Assembly (NCBI RefSeq): GCF_009914755.1
Contig: NC_060937.1
Source: the human T2T-CHM13v2.0 reference genome, Homo sapiens
Strand: one strand, 5' to 3'
Length of the DNA stretch: 64,000 nt
Shown: positions 27,457-41,110 of the stretch, one piece after another
How the letters are laid out: every line of letters starts with the position of its first letter
How positions within the stretch are numbered: position 1 is the first letter of the stretch
Notes under the pieces: model-generated
What the model was told of the DNA's origin: nothing
The model's database searches: none
Seen by the model: only the letters and a program-made list of their open reading frames with translations
Position numbers and translations under genes: made by a program

Positions 27457-27886
27457 TATTATCCATCTGATCAAGATTATTCTCGAAAGCATCACTAGTC
27501 AATCATCCCGTCATTACGTTTGGATGTCCCTCAGTGCCAGGATGGACCTATCCTGGTTGCTGGTCGTGTCCCACATTGTGGGGAGTAATTGGCAACTAGG
27601 AGTCAGTATCAAAACCCTTTCAGCCATATCTGAGGAATAAAGAAGGTCTGAAGGGAATGACTCTCAGGCTAAGTCTACCTGGAGTCTATTATTAAGTTCA
27701 ATTTTGTCTGTTGTGTTGTCTTTTGCTATTATTTCAAAATGCAGGGCTAACATTAACCTGTTAGGAACTGTACTTTTCCAAAATGTAATAAGTAACAGAT
27801 ACAAAGTTTAAAAAGAGAAAATACAAAGTAAAGTTAATAGTAATATGACAAACCCATAAACTTCATCTTAAATTCTCATAACTTCA

Positions 27887-28031
27887 TCATAAATTCTCTT
27901 CATTGAAATCATTGACTCCCTAATATATTGAAGTCATTCTTTAAACAGGGTTCAACACTTTCTCTTTATTTCTTGGAACCTTGCATTCCATAAGTGTCTC
28001 TAGCATCTGAGAGCATTTTGAAATTTCATTT
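27887..28031 (+). repeat. Copy 2 of the ~145-bp dispersed direct repeat, inside the ERV internal region
   Basis: tcataaattctcttcattgaaatcattgactccctaatatattgaagtcattctttaaacag...gcattttgaaatttcattt matches 24336-24479. Confidence 0.95.
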
Positions 28032-30069
28032 GATTTGATTTGAGCCATTAATATCTTAATGTAGGCTGAAAGGCAACTAATTGAGTAAATCCAAGGACCT
28101 TAAGAAAGTAGGTGAGACCTGTTGTAACCATGTTGCCTGTTCTCTAATTTTGTGCACATGGGTCTCAACTGTTCTAGAGGAATTTATCTAGGTACAGCAT
28201 GTGGTATTAGCAATAGCATAGACATTTCCTTATTTAACCAATGGATACTAAAGGATATCTCAGGTCAGTTTCTGTCAAGTTACAGGCAGAGGCTACTGAT
28301 TGTAAAACTTCAATTACATTATCCTCCTGCCAAGTGCAAAAAGTAGCATTAAGGCTGGTAAGACTCTCATGATAAATTAAGTCTTGTTCTGACATCTTGG
28401 GAAAAGCTGCCTACAGCATGAAAGCATTAACTTCTTGTCTGGATTTGCAGTATCAATGTCTCTGATATTATGTGGTTTGGTGAAGTTTTTGTGTGGCCCA
28501 TACATCAGCCATGAGGCTTGTCCCTTAAAATGTATCTAGTTTTCAGCATTTAATGTTTTAAGAACAGAGCAGTTTTTGTTTTTAGCAATTCCCTGGAAGA
28601 ATGGTGAATTGAAAAGATCTACAAGAGTTCAGGATTTAGTCTAGTATACAGACAGATAACAAGAACATGAAAATAATGTATAATGCTACTATCTATTAAC
28701 AGATACATTATAGTTTTTTTAATAAACACAATTTTTTCTCTACATTGAGCTCATAGGATTTTTAAACTTAAAAAGCTCTTCAGTGTAGGAAGTCAAACCA
28801 AGGCAGACTTTAGATTTCACTTATAATATCAAGGTTTTTGGGTCTGCTAGGAAGTGATTTTATTTTTCTCATTCACTGTAAGGCTGGGAACTCTTGATGT
28901 TGAACATTTTATGCACATTATCAAGTATGACATTTCAGTCAAAGCCTTGGTAATATAACCAAAGTATTAAATATATTTCAGTCCAGGCCATTGTAATATA
29001 ACCAATGTTATATTCCACTATAAAGAGAGAACAGATTTTTATTGAACTTATACACATAACCCTATTGTAATAAAAAAGAAGAATACTCAGGAATAGTTTA
29101 TGAATTTTGGAAGACTCAAGTAGAAAGAAAAAGCAAATCTTTTCACCTTTGTTTACAAAATATTCTTTACCAAATGGTTGGAGATTATAGATAGCCTAAA
29201 AGAAATTTTTTTCTAAATCTGGAAAAAACAATATTTAAGTAAAGAACCAAGAATGTTTCTGTTTCAAATAAAAGTCATAAAAATATTATCTTCAGTTATT
29301 TACCTTCATATAATTAGTTTTTGTTCTGATTGATCTTGATTTGCAATTTTATGATCACATCAGTTTGTTTTTCTCAGAGTTCTGAAAAATTGTATTAGGT
29401 GCACAAGTCCAAAGCTATAAGAAATCTATGCTCAAGAATACTTGTTAGAGTCCTTTCCATAAATATTATTACAAATGCATTTAGAGATAAATCAAAACTG
29501 TGGAATAAAAAAAAATCTTTGAAGAGCCATGGTTAAAAATCTGATAGTTCACAATTGACAAGAAAAATTACTTATTTTTTTTATTACATGAAGCATTGTA
29601 AGATAATCTGAATCATAACTGACAGCATCACATCAGGATCATCAGACATTTATATATTTCACATGATCTTTGGAATACTCACATGGGTAACCTATCCAAA
29701 TAAATATAACTTTATAAAAGATTTCACATAACAACTAAAATTATGACAGAATACATATTAGATTTCTATGAGTTTATATAATTTTTGAAAGATTCATATC
29801 AATAACATACCCATAAATGTAATTAAAATATTTAGTATCAGTTTCCATTTGACTTACCAAACAACTTACCAAAAAGCCCAATCATTTAATATCCCTACAA
29901 GATGAGATATATGCTTTTTGAGACTTTCCAGGAGCTCAACTGAAAAAAATCTCAAAGTTAATTCTAAGTTAAAAGGACTTAATTTAGAATTTTCATCCTA
30001 GGTAAAAGCTGACCACAGGTGCCAAAAGTTTCAAACATCGATCAAAACAGAATAACAGGTCCCCGTAAT

Positions 30070-30180
30070 TGAATATACATATATATGTATATATATATCC
30101 AAATGAATAATATATATATAATCCAAATTGAATATATATATATCCAAATTGAATAGATATATATCCAAATGAATAATATT
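30070..30180. repeat. AT-rich minisatellite, 4 copies of (TA)n-TCCAAAT(T)GAATA
   Basis: atccaaatgaata / atccaaattgaata repeated four times, separated by variable TA runs. Confidence 0.9.
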
Positions 30181-30449
30181 AATTTAACCAGAATGATAAT
30201 CATAATACACCAAAAGCAGTACAGAAGGTTATACAAATTAAAAATATTAACTTTAAAGCTCAATTTTCCAAAGTAAACAAAAACCTAATAAAGACAACAC
30301 AGGAAATTATCTTGATAAAATGCGAATTATTTTTTACTACTACTTTCGGCTGAATGTTTTCCAATTTTTTAAAAGCTAATCATACCAATAGTGTTTGCAT
30401 AATGTCAGTACATGCATACGTGCATACGAGAGATGAAAACTCTCCAAAT

Positions 30450-32200
30450 TTAGTTGACAAATATAGCATTTTCTTACAAAAAAACAAAAACAGAAATTAA
30501 GAATAATGTCAGTGTCTTCATACAACAATAGTTATTTCTCATTCACAGTGCATATCAAATGCCATAATAAAATGTTGGTTATTAGGGGAACTGTGTTTGC
30601 CATATTCATTCATGAGACCTAGCTAAAATGCTGCTTCATGTAATGAAACCACCATTACAACATAAGACTTTATAGTTCTCTCAGACAGGAAAAGAGAATA
30701 TAGAGAATGATACATCTATTTTTTCTAGAATAAACTACATCCTACTTTCATTCACAGTAACCTAGCCAAAGTTAGTTGCATGACTACACCTAAATTAATG
30801 CATTTGGAAACAATTATATTCTTATAGGACTATATAGGAGAAGAGATTTCCACATGCAAAACACATTTATTCAATCATCATAAAGTGTAATCCAATTACA
30901 GACTCAAGTTCAAAGTCAAGGAACCCTCACTAATGACCTGTAGTTTCTCAACAGGTATCTTGTGATCTGCAGACCTGTTACCTAACAAAGCTATTTTGTC
31001 ATTAACACATTTAATATACAATGTTTGAATAGTAAGATTCTATACAAAATAAGCACTTCTATTTGGAAATTAAAAAAATAGAAATGCATGGAAGTTGTTT
31101 GTTCATAGAAAGTATGAAATCTCTAAGGACAGATATTTTGAGGGACCCATATATTGAAGTTAAGAAATGTTCCTTGATTAGGCTTTGATTCTTCTTTATG
31201 GGAGGAAATGCCTTGATTCTAAAGCTCTATGGATTCTGGCACCATCCTTTGGTAGTTTCATCCTTTAAAATTTTTTATATGATTGTATCAGGTTTGAGTA
31301 TTGGGGAATATGCTTTTATTTTCTGAGAATACTCTGTTCTTTCATGCTGATAGTGGGGTGCTATATAGACTCGAATAGTTAGAGAGTCAGAGTCAGTTTT
31401 AGTTCAGGCTTGTGTGAGAGTGTGCGTATGTGTGTGTGTGCGTTTGGCAGGATAACTTTGCTTCCTTCCTTCCTTCCTTCTTTCCTTCCTTCCTTCCTTC
31501 CTTCCTTCCTTCCTTTCTTTCCTTTCTTTCTTTTCTTTCTTTCTTTCTTTTCTTTTTATTTCTTTTTTTTTTCAGTTTATTAAAAGTCTGGCTCTATTGC
31601 TTTGGCTGGCAGCAATTTCAGTTCAGTCTGCCTCTCTGGCCCAAGAATACAGTGGGATGATTTCAGCTCACTCAATCTCTGCTTCTCACCTCAGCTTCTG
31701 AGTAGCTGGGACCACACATGTGCACCACCATAGCCAGATAATTTTTGTATTTTTTTGTAGAGATCCGGTCTCACCATGTTGTCCAGAATGGTCTCAAACT
31801 TGTGAGCTCAAGTGATCCACCTGCCTCAGCCTCCCCAAATCCTGGGATTACAGGCATGAGCCACCACTCCAGGACTCAAAACTTGGTAGTTTTTGTTCCT
31901 GATTAATTTTATTCACCATCCCATGCTAGTAACTAGAATGACATTGCTTTTGAAAAGTAGCTCCCAAACTGCCATATTTATTGGACGTCCTGCCGCAAAA
32001 GCTCTCTCTTTGTAGAGATAATGGTGGGTACTATGGCTTTTGGACTTTGGTGAGAGAACTAGATCATTGTGCTCTTTCTTCTCAGTTACTTATAAAATTT
32101 TAAAGATCTCCAGAATGCCAAACCTTTAGGTTGAACTCATACCGAGTCCCTTGATTTATCTGAGAAATGTTAACATTAGTTTTGGAGGTCATAATATTAA
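30450..32200 (-). mobile_element. Old MLT1 LTR plus MaLR internal sequence relic, interrupted by an Alu
   Basis: agttatttctcattcacagtgcatatc...gccaaagttagttgcatgactacacctaa (MLT1-like), followed by ctcaagttcaaagtcaagg...cttgtgatctgcagacctg (MLT-int-like). Confidence 0.55.
31462..31875 (-). mobile_element. AluJ-type element with (TTCC)n/(TTTC)n-expanded tail
   Basis: gagctcaagtgatccacctgcctcagcctcc...gggattacaggcatgagccacc; simple-repeat tail 31462-31572; right arm rearranged. Confidence 0.92.
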
Positions 32201-34120
32201 GTTTTGTTAGCCATAAAACTGTGTTTAAATTACCATTAATAGATCAGTAGTAGTCAATTAAATTTCACAATAGACAAAAGATAGTTATAAGTTTAAGAAA
32301 CAAATAATAACCACCTTTATGAGACACAACCTACAATATATAAGTGAAAGACCTACCATAGCATTAAAACAAATGAAATGAAGTATCATGCTCTTAGATG
32401 AAAGTATCTGTGACTAACAATCATTAGAAGACTATTATTTAAGTTTAATGTAATTCCAGTTAGATTTTCTGATGGCTTTTTTTTCTTTTTGAGGATGGCA
32501 TAGCTAATAGATTAAATATTAATATCCTTATAATAATTAATATATGTTAATTCCCAATGAATATGTTAAAAGAAGTTGACGAGGACAATTTTGCCTTAAC
32601 ATGTATGAAAACATTTTAAAAAGCTATTGTAAACAAAGTAATATGATATTTATATTGGAGCTCAGAAAAGTCAATTGTAAATGAATGAAATTTATTCTGT
32701 ACTATTGACCTTTATTCTATGATAGAAGGTGCTGAGTAAACGGTGCTGAATAAATGGTACTGACACACTGGTTATCTATTTAAAAAACAAACAAATGTGG
32801 ACCATAACACCAAATTATAAATACAAAATCCAAATGGAATAAATGCTAAAATGTTTATTAAATTAGTAATAATTTCAGAAGTTAATTTAGAAAATATCTA
32901 TTTAACATTTTCATGTTAAGGAAGGTAGAAGGGGCAGAAGTTAAAATGAATGGCAGTATTTTACAATAACAAAAAATTAAGACTTTATGGATAAATATGC
33001 CAAATACACAACAAAAATAGTATATTATAAAAAATACATGCAAATCTAGTGACAGTAAAATAAATAGTTTCAAAATATTTTTTAAAACCCTACATTTGAT
33101 TACAAAATAATAACCTAGTTTAAACTGGGGCATTGTTATTAATAAGTAATTGAAGTGGAAATTCAGATGTCCAGAATACAAAAAAATTCACTCAATTTTG
33201 TTAATATTCAGGAAAAAGCAAATTAAAAAACTAAGATTTAACTACCCAACTTTCACATTAACATAATTCAGAGGGTGAAAATTCTAAGTGCTAGCATAAA
33301 AGTATGAAAAAGTCTAGTCTTATTCACTGCTAAAAATTATGAAACTCCACAAATATATAGGAATATGTTTCTTAATATTTGTGAATAAGGCAGACACTTT
33401 TATCTAATTCTGCCATCCCTGGGAATCAAATACACACACATACACACACACATACACACGCACACACACACATAATCCACAAATACAGGCATATATCTAG
33501 GATGCAATACAAGAAAATCTATTACAGTGTTATAGTGTGGGTGGAGGGTGGTCAGTTAACCTTGAACTTATGTAAATGTGAATTAATAATGAATACGCTG
33601 AAATCATTATAGAACAGCCCTACCATAAAATTCTAAGCCATTTACAAAGGATTGAATTATTTACTTTCCAATTCATGTGTTTGGATCTCAATGATATAAA
33701 CAAAAGTAAAAAAAAAAGAAAGCTATAAGGAAATTTGTATTTTGTACTATCATAGAGACATATTACTATGTTTGTCTAATTATTTTTATTGCACACAAGA
33801 ATGATAGTATGGGCAAGGAAAATATAATCACGAGAAACAAAAAGCCTAGAATTGTGGAGGTAATAAAAACAACAAATTGTAGCAAAGTAGAAAATATACT
33901 TGATGTGGTATTAGTTAAAATTATAGAATGTAAAATGGTTTGTGTTATTAACATAAGAAAAATATTAAGATTATATCTAAATATAGCATATTTATGATTG
34001 CATTTTAAAAAATATATAAATGTTTGCATAGAGATTCATTGAATAAATAGCAACATTATTTACAGTGAAATTAAAGGCAAATTTTAAAGTAGTGTTTCAA
34101 ATAAATAAATAATAAAGTGT
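32200..34120 (+). mobile_element. Very old L1ME ORF2/3' relic
   Basis: Degenerate ORF2 text (aagtttaatgtaattccagtta; aataaatggtactgacacactggttatctat; tcaggaaaaagcaaattaaaa). Confidence 0.6.
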
Positions 34121-35320
34121 TACATAGATCAAATATTCTATTTTTAATACCTCCATTGTTCCAATATAAATCTACTTGTCTTTCAAAAACCTTAACACAA
34201 TCACATAGACACATTCTTGCACACAACCAGCACCTTATATTTTCTTAATATATTGTAACCATTACCATGCAAGTATTTCTGCTAACCAAAATTTTGTAAG
34301 ATCTTTCAGAATTCCCACAAAATATTTTGTCAAATTAAATTGTCCCAACCCCTCTCATTTTCTTAATATCCTATTTCCTGATCTGTGGTTTTTCTAAGCT
34401 GAAGCTACTAGGCCATGAAAAGAAATCTGGAAAAAAAAAATATATATATATGAAAATATTTCTGCTGTCAGCAGCTTCAATATATATTATCACTTTGCAT
34501 CTTTAGATTTATTTAACTGTGAGACATCATAAGAGCAAGTAAAAAAATAAACTTGATGTATGCTTTGAGTACATTAATGTTCAAATTCTATGGGTTGTAA
34601 CAGCAAGTTTCCCCTTTCTAATATTACCAGTGTATCACTCTTTGCTGTCTTTTCTTATAGTAGGAAACATATTCCTAGTAAAAAAAAAAAATCAGGTCAT
34701 TTGTGTTTGAACAATCCCTCCTTCTGAGAATTGGCGTCCCATTTCAACTTATTTTTCTTTCTGTAAAAAGATATTTTTAGCATAAGAGAATATGTTTTCA
34801 ACAAGTGAAGAACTTAGAAGATAAATGTTACTCTGCTTGTGAAGTTTGTCTATGTACTTCCTTTAAGTGGATAAGAGAATGCGTGATAAAACTATAGGCT
34901 TAACAGAAGTTGATATGACTGTCATAAAGCTGGAGGTTATGATGAAAGATCTCACTATTTTTAGCAGAAAGGAGAGAGAAAACGACCGCTACTTTTCAGT
35001 AAAAGAAAAGACCAAGAACCAAAGAACACTAAGCATAATAGCACAAAGATGAATTTATCATTATTTAGGTATCAGACGGCTTTTCACTGAAAATCAATAG
35101 ATTATTTTTATTATATTGGCAACAAGCTGACTGTGAAGAAATTTTGCACATGAACAGAGTGCTAAGCCTGCCATCCTTTAAACTCTTGCTCTGTGTGAAT
35201 TTAATAGAGAAGAGTAACTTTTGAAAATTATATTTTGTTATTAATCATCAGAAGTTATGGCTATTTTTCCAGAGGTACATATATAATAATATATCAGTAA
35301 AAATTAAAACACTTTTTTAA

Positions 35321-35652
<332 letters not shown>

Positions 35653-36277
35653 ATAAGTACATGTTTTGTTTTGTTTTGTTTTGTTTCATTTTTAATAGAA
35701 AAATCCTGATTTCTTTCACATGATTTGAGTAAGTAGAGTTAGTTTTATAGAGTTGTCTTTCTTTTTAAAAAACCTTTGCTGAGTCTTATTTGTCCTCAAG
35801 ACATATAAAGATCTTTGTGGACCGTGGTTCTATGTTATCTATATTATTTAATGAGGTAATAATTGTTTTCTTGATAACTGGTTCCAGAATTTCCCTCATG
35901 GAGCAATGTATTTTTCTGTGTAAAAGTGTCTAATAAGTACTCTTAAAATGGGTAAAACCCTGCATGGATTATGTTGGCTGATTCAAAGTACAAGTTAAGA
36001 AGAAAAAAGTACAGCGGTAGAGAGAACCAACTAAATGAAAAGAGGCTAGTATTACATAGGGTGAAATGCTGTTGAATCTCCTGATTTGTGGGATAAAAAC
36101 AAAGGACACTTTAACAGTGATGAACCCTCTCATTTCATTTAAAATAATTTATAATGTTTTAATTTAAAACCCTTCCCAATTTTTCCTCAGAAGTTTCTGT
36201 ACAAATTGTATATTAATATATTTGTAGAAATTAAGGAAGGGATTTAATTTAATATATGAATTGTTGTAGTACTCAAC

Positions 36278-36434
36278 AATATTGCTATTCAAAGTGTAGC
36301 CCACAGATTAGCGGCATCATAGAAGCTTTTAGAAATGTATATTCTTAAATGCCTTCCCAATTACTGAATCAGAATTTGCCTTTTATTAAGATTCTCAAGT
36401 GATTTCTATGCATACTTAACTTTGAGAAACCTTG
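36278..36434. mobile_element. MER5-family DNA transposon relic
   Basis: ttcaaagtgtagcccacaga...ttagaaatgtatattct...tactgaatcagaattt...gtgatttctatgcatacttaactttgagaaacc. Confidence 0.75.
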
Positions 36435-37574
36435 CAAAGAAACGCACAGCTTCACCTATGTAAGTAGAAACTCAGAAACTTTGTGGACATGAAGTAGTAA
36501 GCCTCCTCAGCATGTAGGTACATGTTAAAAAGTCTTTGAAATGTTATAACTTATAGACACTTGTGGGGAAATTGCAAGCTATCCAGTTTTATTAGAAATC
36601 CAAAGACAATTATTACCAGTAATGGGCGAGTAAAGTAATTAATTTCTGTTTTTCAATGTTGTTATGTAGTTGGCATTTTGTTGGGGTATAAAGAGATTTT
36701 CTACAAATTGGTATAATTTGACCCAGATACTTAGGATGAAGAGAAAAAGTAATTCTGGAAAACAAAACATGAAAAAAATGCACAGAAACACTCTGGGTTA
36801 CTTATACCACTGGGTGGATGGAAAACATGAAAGTGATCTTGAAATGAAAGATTGAGCCAGACTGGACAGAACATTATAAAGTATGCTATAGACAAAAAGA
36901 AAAGGCAAGTTTAAAAAAATTTGGACAAAAATACTACCAGTTTTAAGAGTATTTCCAATATACTGTTTCATAAAATTTATTTTCACATTGATAAAGTTTA
37001 TGTTAGTTCCTATCTTATAATTTAGAAGTTATTGATTAAGTTAATGAAAATTAAGAATGTGGTAATAGAATAAAGGTGATAATCCTCAACTATTATAGCC
37101 CTAATACTGGTTCAGAATATTAAACCCGCAAGAAAACTATTCTCTTGTTTGTTTAATGGCCTGTTTCATCATTAGCACCATCTTTAAGAAGTTTATAAAT
37201 AGAATCTGAGCTAAGATAATGCAATATATTTGAAGACCTGTGTCCTATATTGCTATGGCCTGAAGTTTATTGAATCAGTTTTCAGATGAAATAACAATGA
37301 TTTCATAAAAGAGCTAAGAATTTTCATTGTAACAATTTTATGAAATTCTTTTTATATTTATTTAGAAAGATAATATGCATTCAGTTATAATTTAGAGATA
37401 ACTAATCTTTGTAAGCTTGGCATATCTCATGGTGTAAAGCTTTGATCTTGCCTTTGAATATTTTTCTTGGAATGAGAGTTGCTAAAGGATAAAGATAAAA
37501 TAACATGAAATACACTTTCTGTCAAAAGTTTTTCTACTTCAATTTTTGTCAGAAAAGACACTACAATACTTTAA

Positions 37575-37860
37575 GTAGGCTGAGCTGGAAACATACAGGC
37601 CCATTTGAATCTCTGTTTTGACATTGAATAGCACCATGCACAGATATAACTTATTTGTTCTCTGTGCCATAGACTTTTGATCTAAAAGAGGGTAACATTT
37701 TAATAAGTATTTAATCTAAGAATATCAAATAAAATGTTAACTACAGAAATTGGCTAACTTAACACAGAGAATCCTCGTCAGCTTTTCTATTAAATATATG
37801 AATATTATACACACACAAAGAGTGCTAAATTTATTCAACATGAGCTTATTACTGCTTTTA
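37575..37860 (+). mobile_element. MIR relic
   Basis: tttgaatctctgttttgacatt...ataactt...tctctgtgccat...atctaaaagagggtaaca resembles the MIR core. Confidence 0.45.
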
Positions 37861-38059
37861 TCATTGTTGTTGTTCATAAATTCATTACTTAACTGCAGTC
37901 TCTCCAGTATCAACAGATGAAAGTCCTGGTAAACCCCTTTTCTTATCAAGCTTATGGGTACCAATGGGATGTTGAGGTTAGAGAATTTTCTCACTAAATA
38001 GTATTTGAAGAGTCTACCTACAGAATCTGTTTTGTCACTTATAATGAACAGATACCAGC

Positions 38060-38400
38060 TGTGTTGGTTTACAGTCTCCAAGAAGCAGATGCCAAGGAAG
38101 GACTAGATGTGTGAAGGAGTTATGAGAGAGAATGCCCAGTAATATTAAAGAGAAAGAAGATAAATAGGTAGAGATAGCCTTTGGACTACAAACCAGTTCC
38201 AATATCAGTAAAAATACAGTGAGAGGGAAAGAAATTTGAATAAAAAACATCTCAGATGGCAGGGCATCTCAAAGACAACTTCAGCCAAACGGATGAGGAC
38301 AAAGTCACCTGTTAGAGCAGTTCCAGTTTGTGAAGAAATGGGTCTCCACTTGTATCCTGCTGTGCTCAGTTTTGTGGCTAGGAGCATCTCAGTTAAGTGT
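38060..38400 (-). mobile_element. LTR16-family (ERVL) LTR relic
   Basis: tgtgttggtttacagtctccaagaagcagatgccaagg...ttcagccaaacggatgagg...tgtgctcagttttgtggctaggagca. Confidence 0.6.
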
Positions 38401-38699
38401 ATTCTTTGTGTGTACATAATGGTGGATTCAGAAAGATAATGATTAGTTTCATCAGGCAATTTTTCTCCCTGCAGTAGGAGATCAGAGTTATATATATATA
38501 TATACACACACACACATACACACACACACACACACATATATTCATATTCCCACCACACCAACATTCCTCATTCCTTTCAAATAAAACCAATGGGTATAGT
38601 ACAAGAAAGAAACATTATAAAACATACTCTCTTAATTAAAAAAAGTCAAATGTTTTATATATTACAAAAAGCCAAGTTTATGTTCCCTTAAAAACCCGC

Positions 38700-39125
38700 T
38701 TTAAGGTCCACCAGAGTCTACATTAGTGCCTCTAATTCATATTCATGGAGCTACTTTCTTTTTCTATATCAATATTTTATGGCTTCACAGATTATGTCTT
38801 CTGCCTTGGACATCTTGTTTTGTTTGTTTGTTTGTTTTGTTTTGTTTTTCACCTTCTCAAACCCCAATCAATATTCAACAGTCGGCTATGACATTACTTC
38901 ACCTGTGAGGTCTCAAATGACATGATCACTGCAGAAGAACTCTAGATACGTCTTTCCCTTTATTCTCATCGCCTCTTTTCCATTGTTTTGTAACTTCATT
39001 TGTTGTCTCCCAAATGCCTCCACTCCAGCAGAACAGATATTTCTTTTTATTTTTATATTTCTTGGGCACATTTAAGTTCTTAACATATAGAAAGTGTTCA
39101 GTATATTTTGGTAAATCAATGACAA
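38700..39125 (+). mobile_element. L2 3' end relic
   Basis: Ends aacatatagaaagtgttcagtatattttggtaaatcaatga, resembling the L2 3' terminus. Confidence 0.5.
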
Positions 39126-39789
39126 GAAGATGAATGGAGGAGTTTTAATTTCTGGTTAGCAGTTAGCCAAGTAGATAAATGATGGTACCGTTCAACAATA
39201 TAATGAACGTGAAGTGTAAATGCATATTTTGCAATTGAAGGTTGTGTGTTAATTTTAGTTGTTTTGATATTGAGGCTCAGTGGTGCTGAATAAAGTCTGA
39301 CAAATAAATACATGGGTTCATTAGTTAGTATAGATAGTCAAATGCCAGATAAATAATTGGGAAAAATTAACATGTAAGTGGTTAACAAAAACCATGTGAG
39401 TAAATGATTTTGGTGATGGAAAATGCCTATCTAAAAGAAAACTAATGGTCAGTTGCAAATACTAATCAACACTGTATAATGGGATGTACAGAGAAACATA
39501 AGTCAGATAAATCTTTTAAACCTATGAGGGTTAAGAGAAGAACTAGAAAAGATAAAGTCATGTGTGTCCCAAAGAAAGAATTAGCCATGAACATCCAATA
39601 TAGAAGAAAGAACAAGTAAATAAGCCCTAACAATAATTTTGGATTTGGCTATTAGGCAGTTTATTAGATGAGTGGGGATGTGAGGATGGGTGCCAAATTG
39701 CTGTCCACTGAAAAGTAAATAGCAGATGAGAAAATGGAGTTAATAAAGGTGTTTACCACCTTTAAGCTTTTAAATATACTCAAATATTC

Positions 39790-40322
39790 ATCATTTTTGC
39801 TCTCTTGATTCTGACTTGTGGATCCAGTTTTCTATGTGGTACCATCTTCCTTTTGTCTGAAGATGTTACATTTTTATATTTATTGTGGTGAAGTTCTGCT
39901 AACCATGTTTTCTGAAAGTCTTTATTTACCTTTATATATTTTAATAGATATAGCATGGAGATATATTTTAATAGCTATAGCATTTTATCTCAGAAATTTT
40001 CCTCCTTGAGTTCCTTAATGGGCTTGCTACATTGTCTTCCTTAAATATGTCTGACAAGAGGTCTGCCATTGCTTTTATATTTTTTCTGTCTTTATGTAAT
40101 TTGTCTTTTTATTATTTACTATTATTAAGATTTTCTCCTAATCACTGATTTCCACCATTTGGAATGTGATGTGTCTTAGTTCGGCTTTCTTTAGGTTTAT
40201 GCTGTTTGAAGCTTATTTAGATTTTAAATCCCAGGTTTTACATATTTCACTAAATTTGTAAAATTTGTAGTTATTATTTATTCAAATAATTTTTCCACCA
40301 TGACACTCCTCCTTTTGGAACT

Positions 40323-40380
<58 letters not shown>

Positions 40381-41094
40381 GATTCTGTTATTTGGTACCA
40401 CAAGTTGCTGACAAACCTTATTTTTGTTTCACAGATATTCTTTGAGTATTTTTTAAGTCTTTTTGCTACATATTTAAGTTCATTGGTTTTCTTTATTGTG
40501 TGCTGTTTAACTCATTTTATAATCTCTTCAAGTGTATTTTCCCAGGTATTGTATTTTTCACCTCTGGAAGTCCATTTGAGTCTCTTCTATATTATCCTTT
40601 TCTCTCCTCATCATGTTTACCCCTAAGTACACTACAGATTCTTAGAATTGCTGTTTTAATATTTTTTGTTGCTAATTCGATTTTCTTTGTCATTCCTAGG
40701 TTTCTTTTACCTAACTACCTGTTATAGTTCCAGGTTGTATGTTACATTTTTCTGTTTCTTTATGTGTGTAGTGATATATGATTAGATTCTGAAACTGTGT
40801 TTTACATGTAAACGTGTCTAATTTTGTTTAATTTATTTAAAAATAGTTGATTTTTCTGGACGGCAACTACATTCCTAATGCAATAGTTTGCACTGTTTGT
40901 GATATGCAATTTTTAGCTGCTTTATGGCAGATCTAGAGCAGACTTCATTCTAGAACTATTTTTGTCTCACTATTAAGGCAAGCCTTTATAAATTCCCTAT
41001 GTATTTAGCAAGAATTCTCCATTCTGAATAGAGGGAACACTCGTGTTAACTTGTGCTGTATGAGCTCTGGGAATTGTTTAATATTACAAATTTG
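39790..41094 (-). mobile_element. Old L1ME ORF1-region relic (left part; resumes at 44724-45110)
   Basis: tttctgaaagtctttatttacc; ttaagattttctcctaatcactgatttcc; tttcacctctggaagtccattt are antisense old-L1 ORF1 text. Confidence 0.65.
40326..40377. repeat. (TG)26 microsatellite
   Basis: Directly visible perfect run. Confidence 0.98.
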
Positions 41095-41110
41095 TGATCA
41101 CTGTTCTTTC

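Larger units (their letters stand above)
27457..30330 (-). mobile_element. MER4-group (MER65-int-like) internal ERV sequence, 5'-truncated, non-coding
   Basis: Directly abuts the LTR; MER4-group internal text (aggaagtcaaaccaaggcagactttagatt; cagatttttattgaacttat; aatacttgttagagtcc); no second LTR seen. Confidence 0.75.

Noticed and set aside
30070-30180. CRISPR-like repeat-spacer appearance
   Set aside because: The spacers are just TA runs, the context is eukaryotic and there are no cas genes
31590-31700. Extra ~35 bp within the AluJ right arm as a captured foreign sequence
   Set aside because: Looks like a degenerate partial duplication of the adjacent Alu sequence; too short to assign a donor
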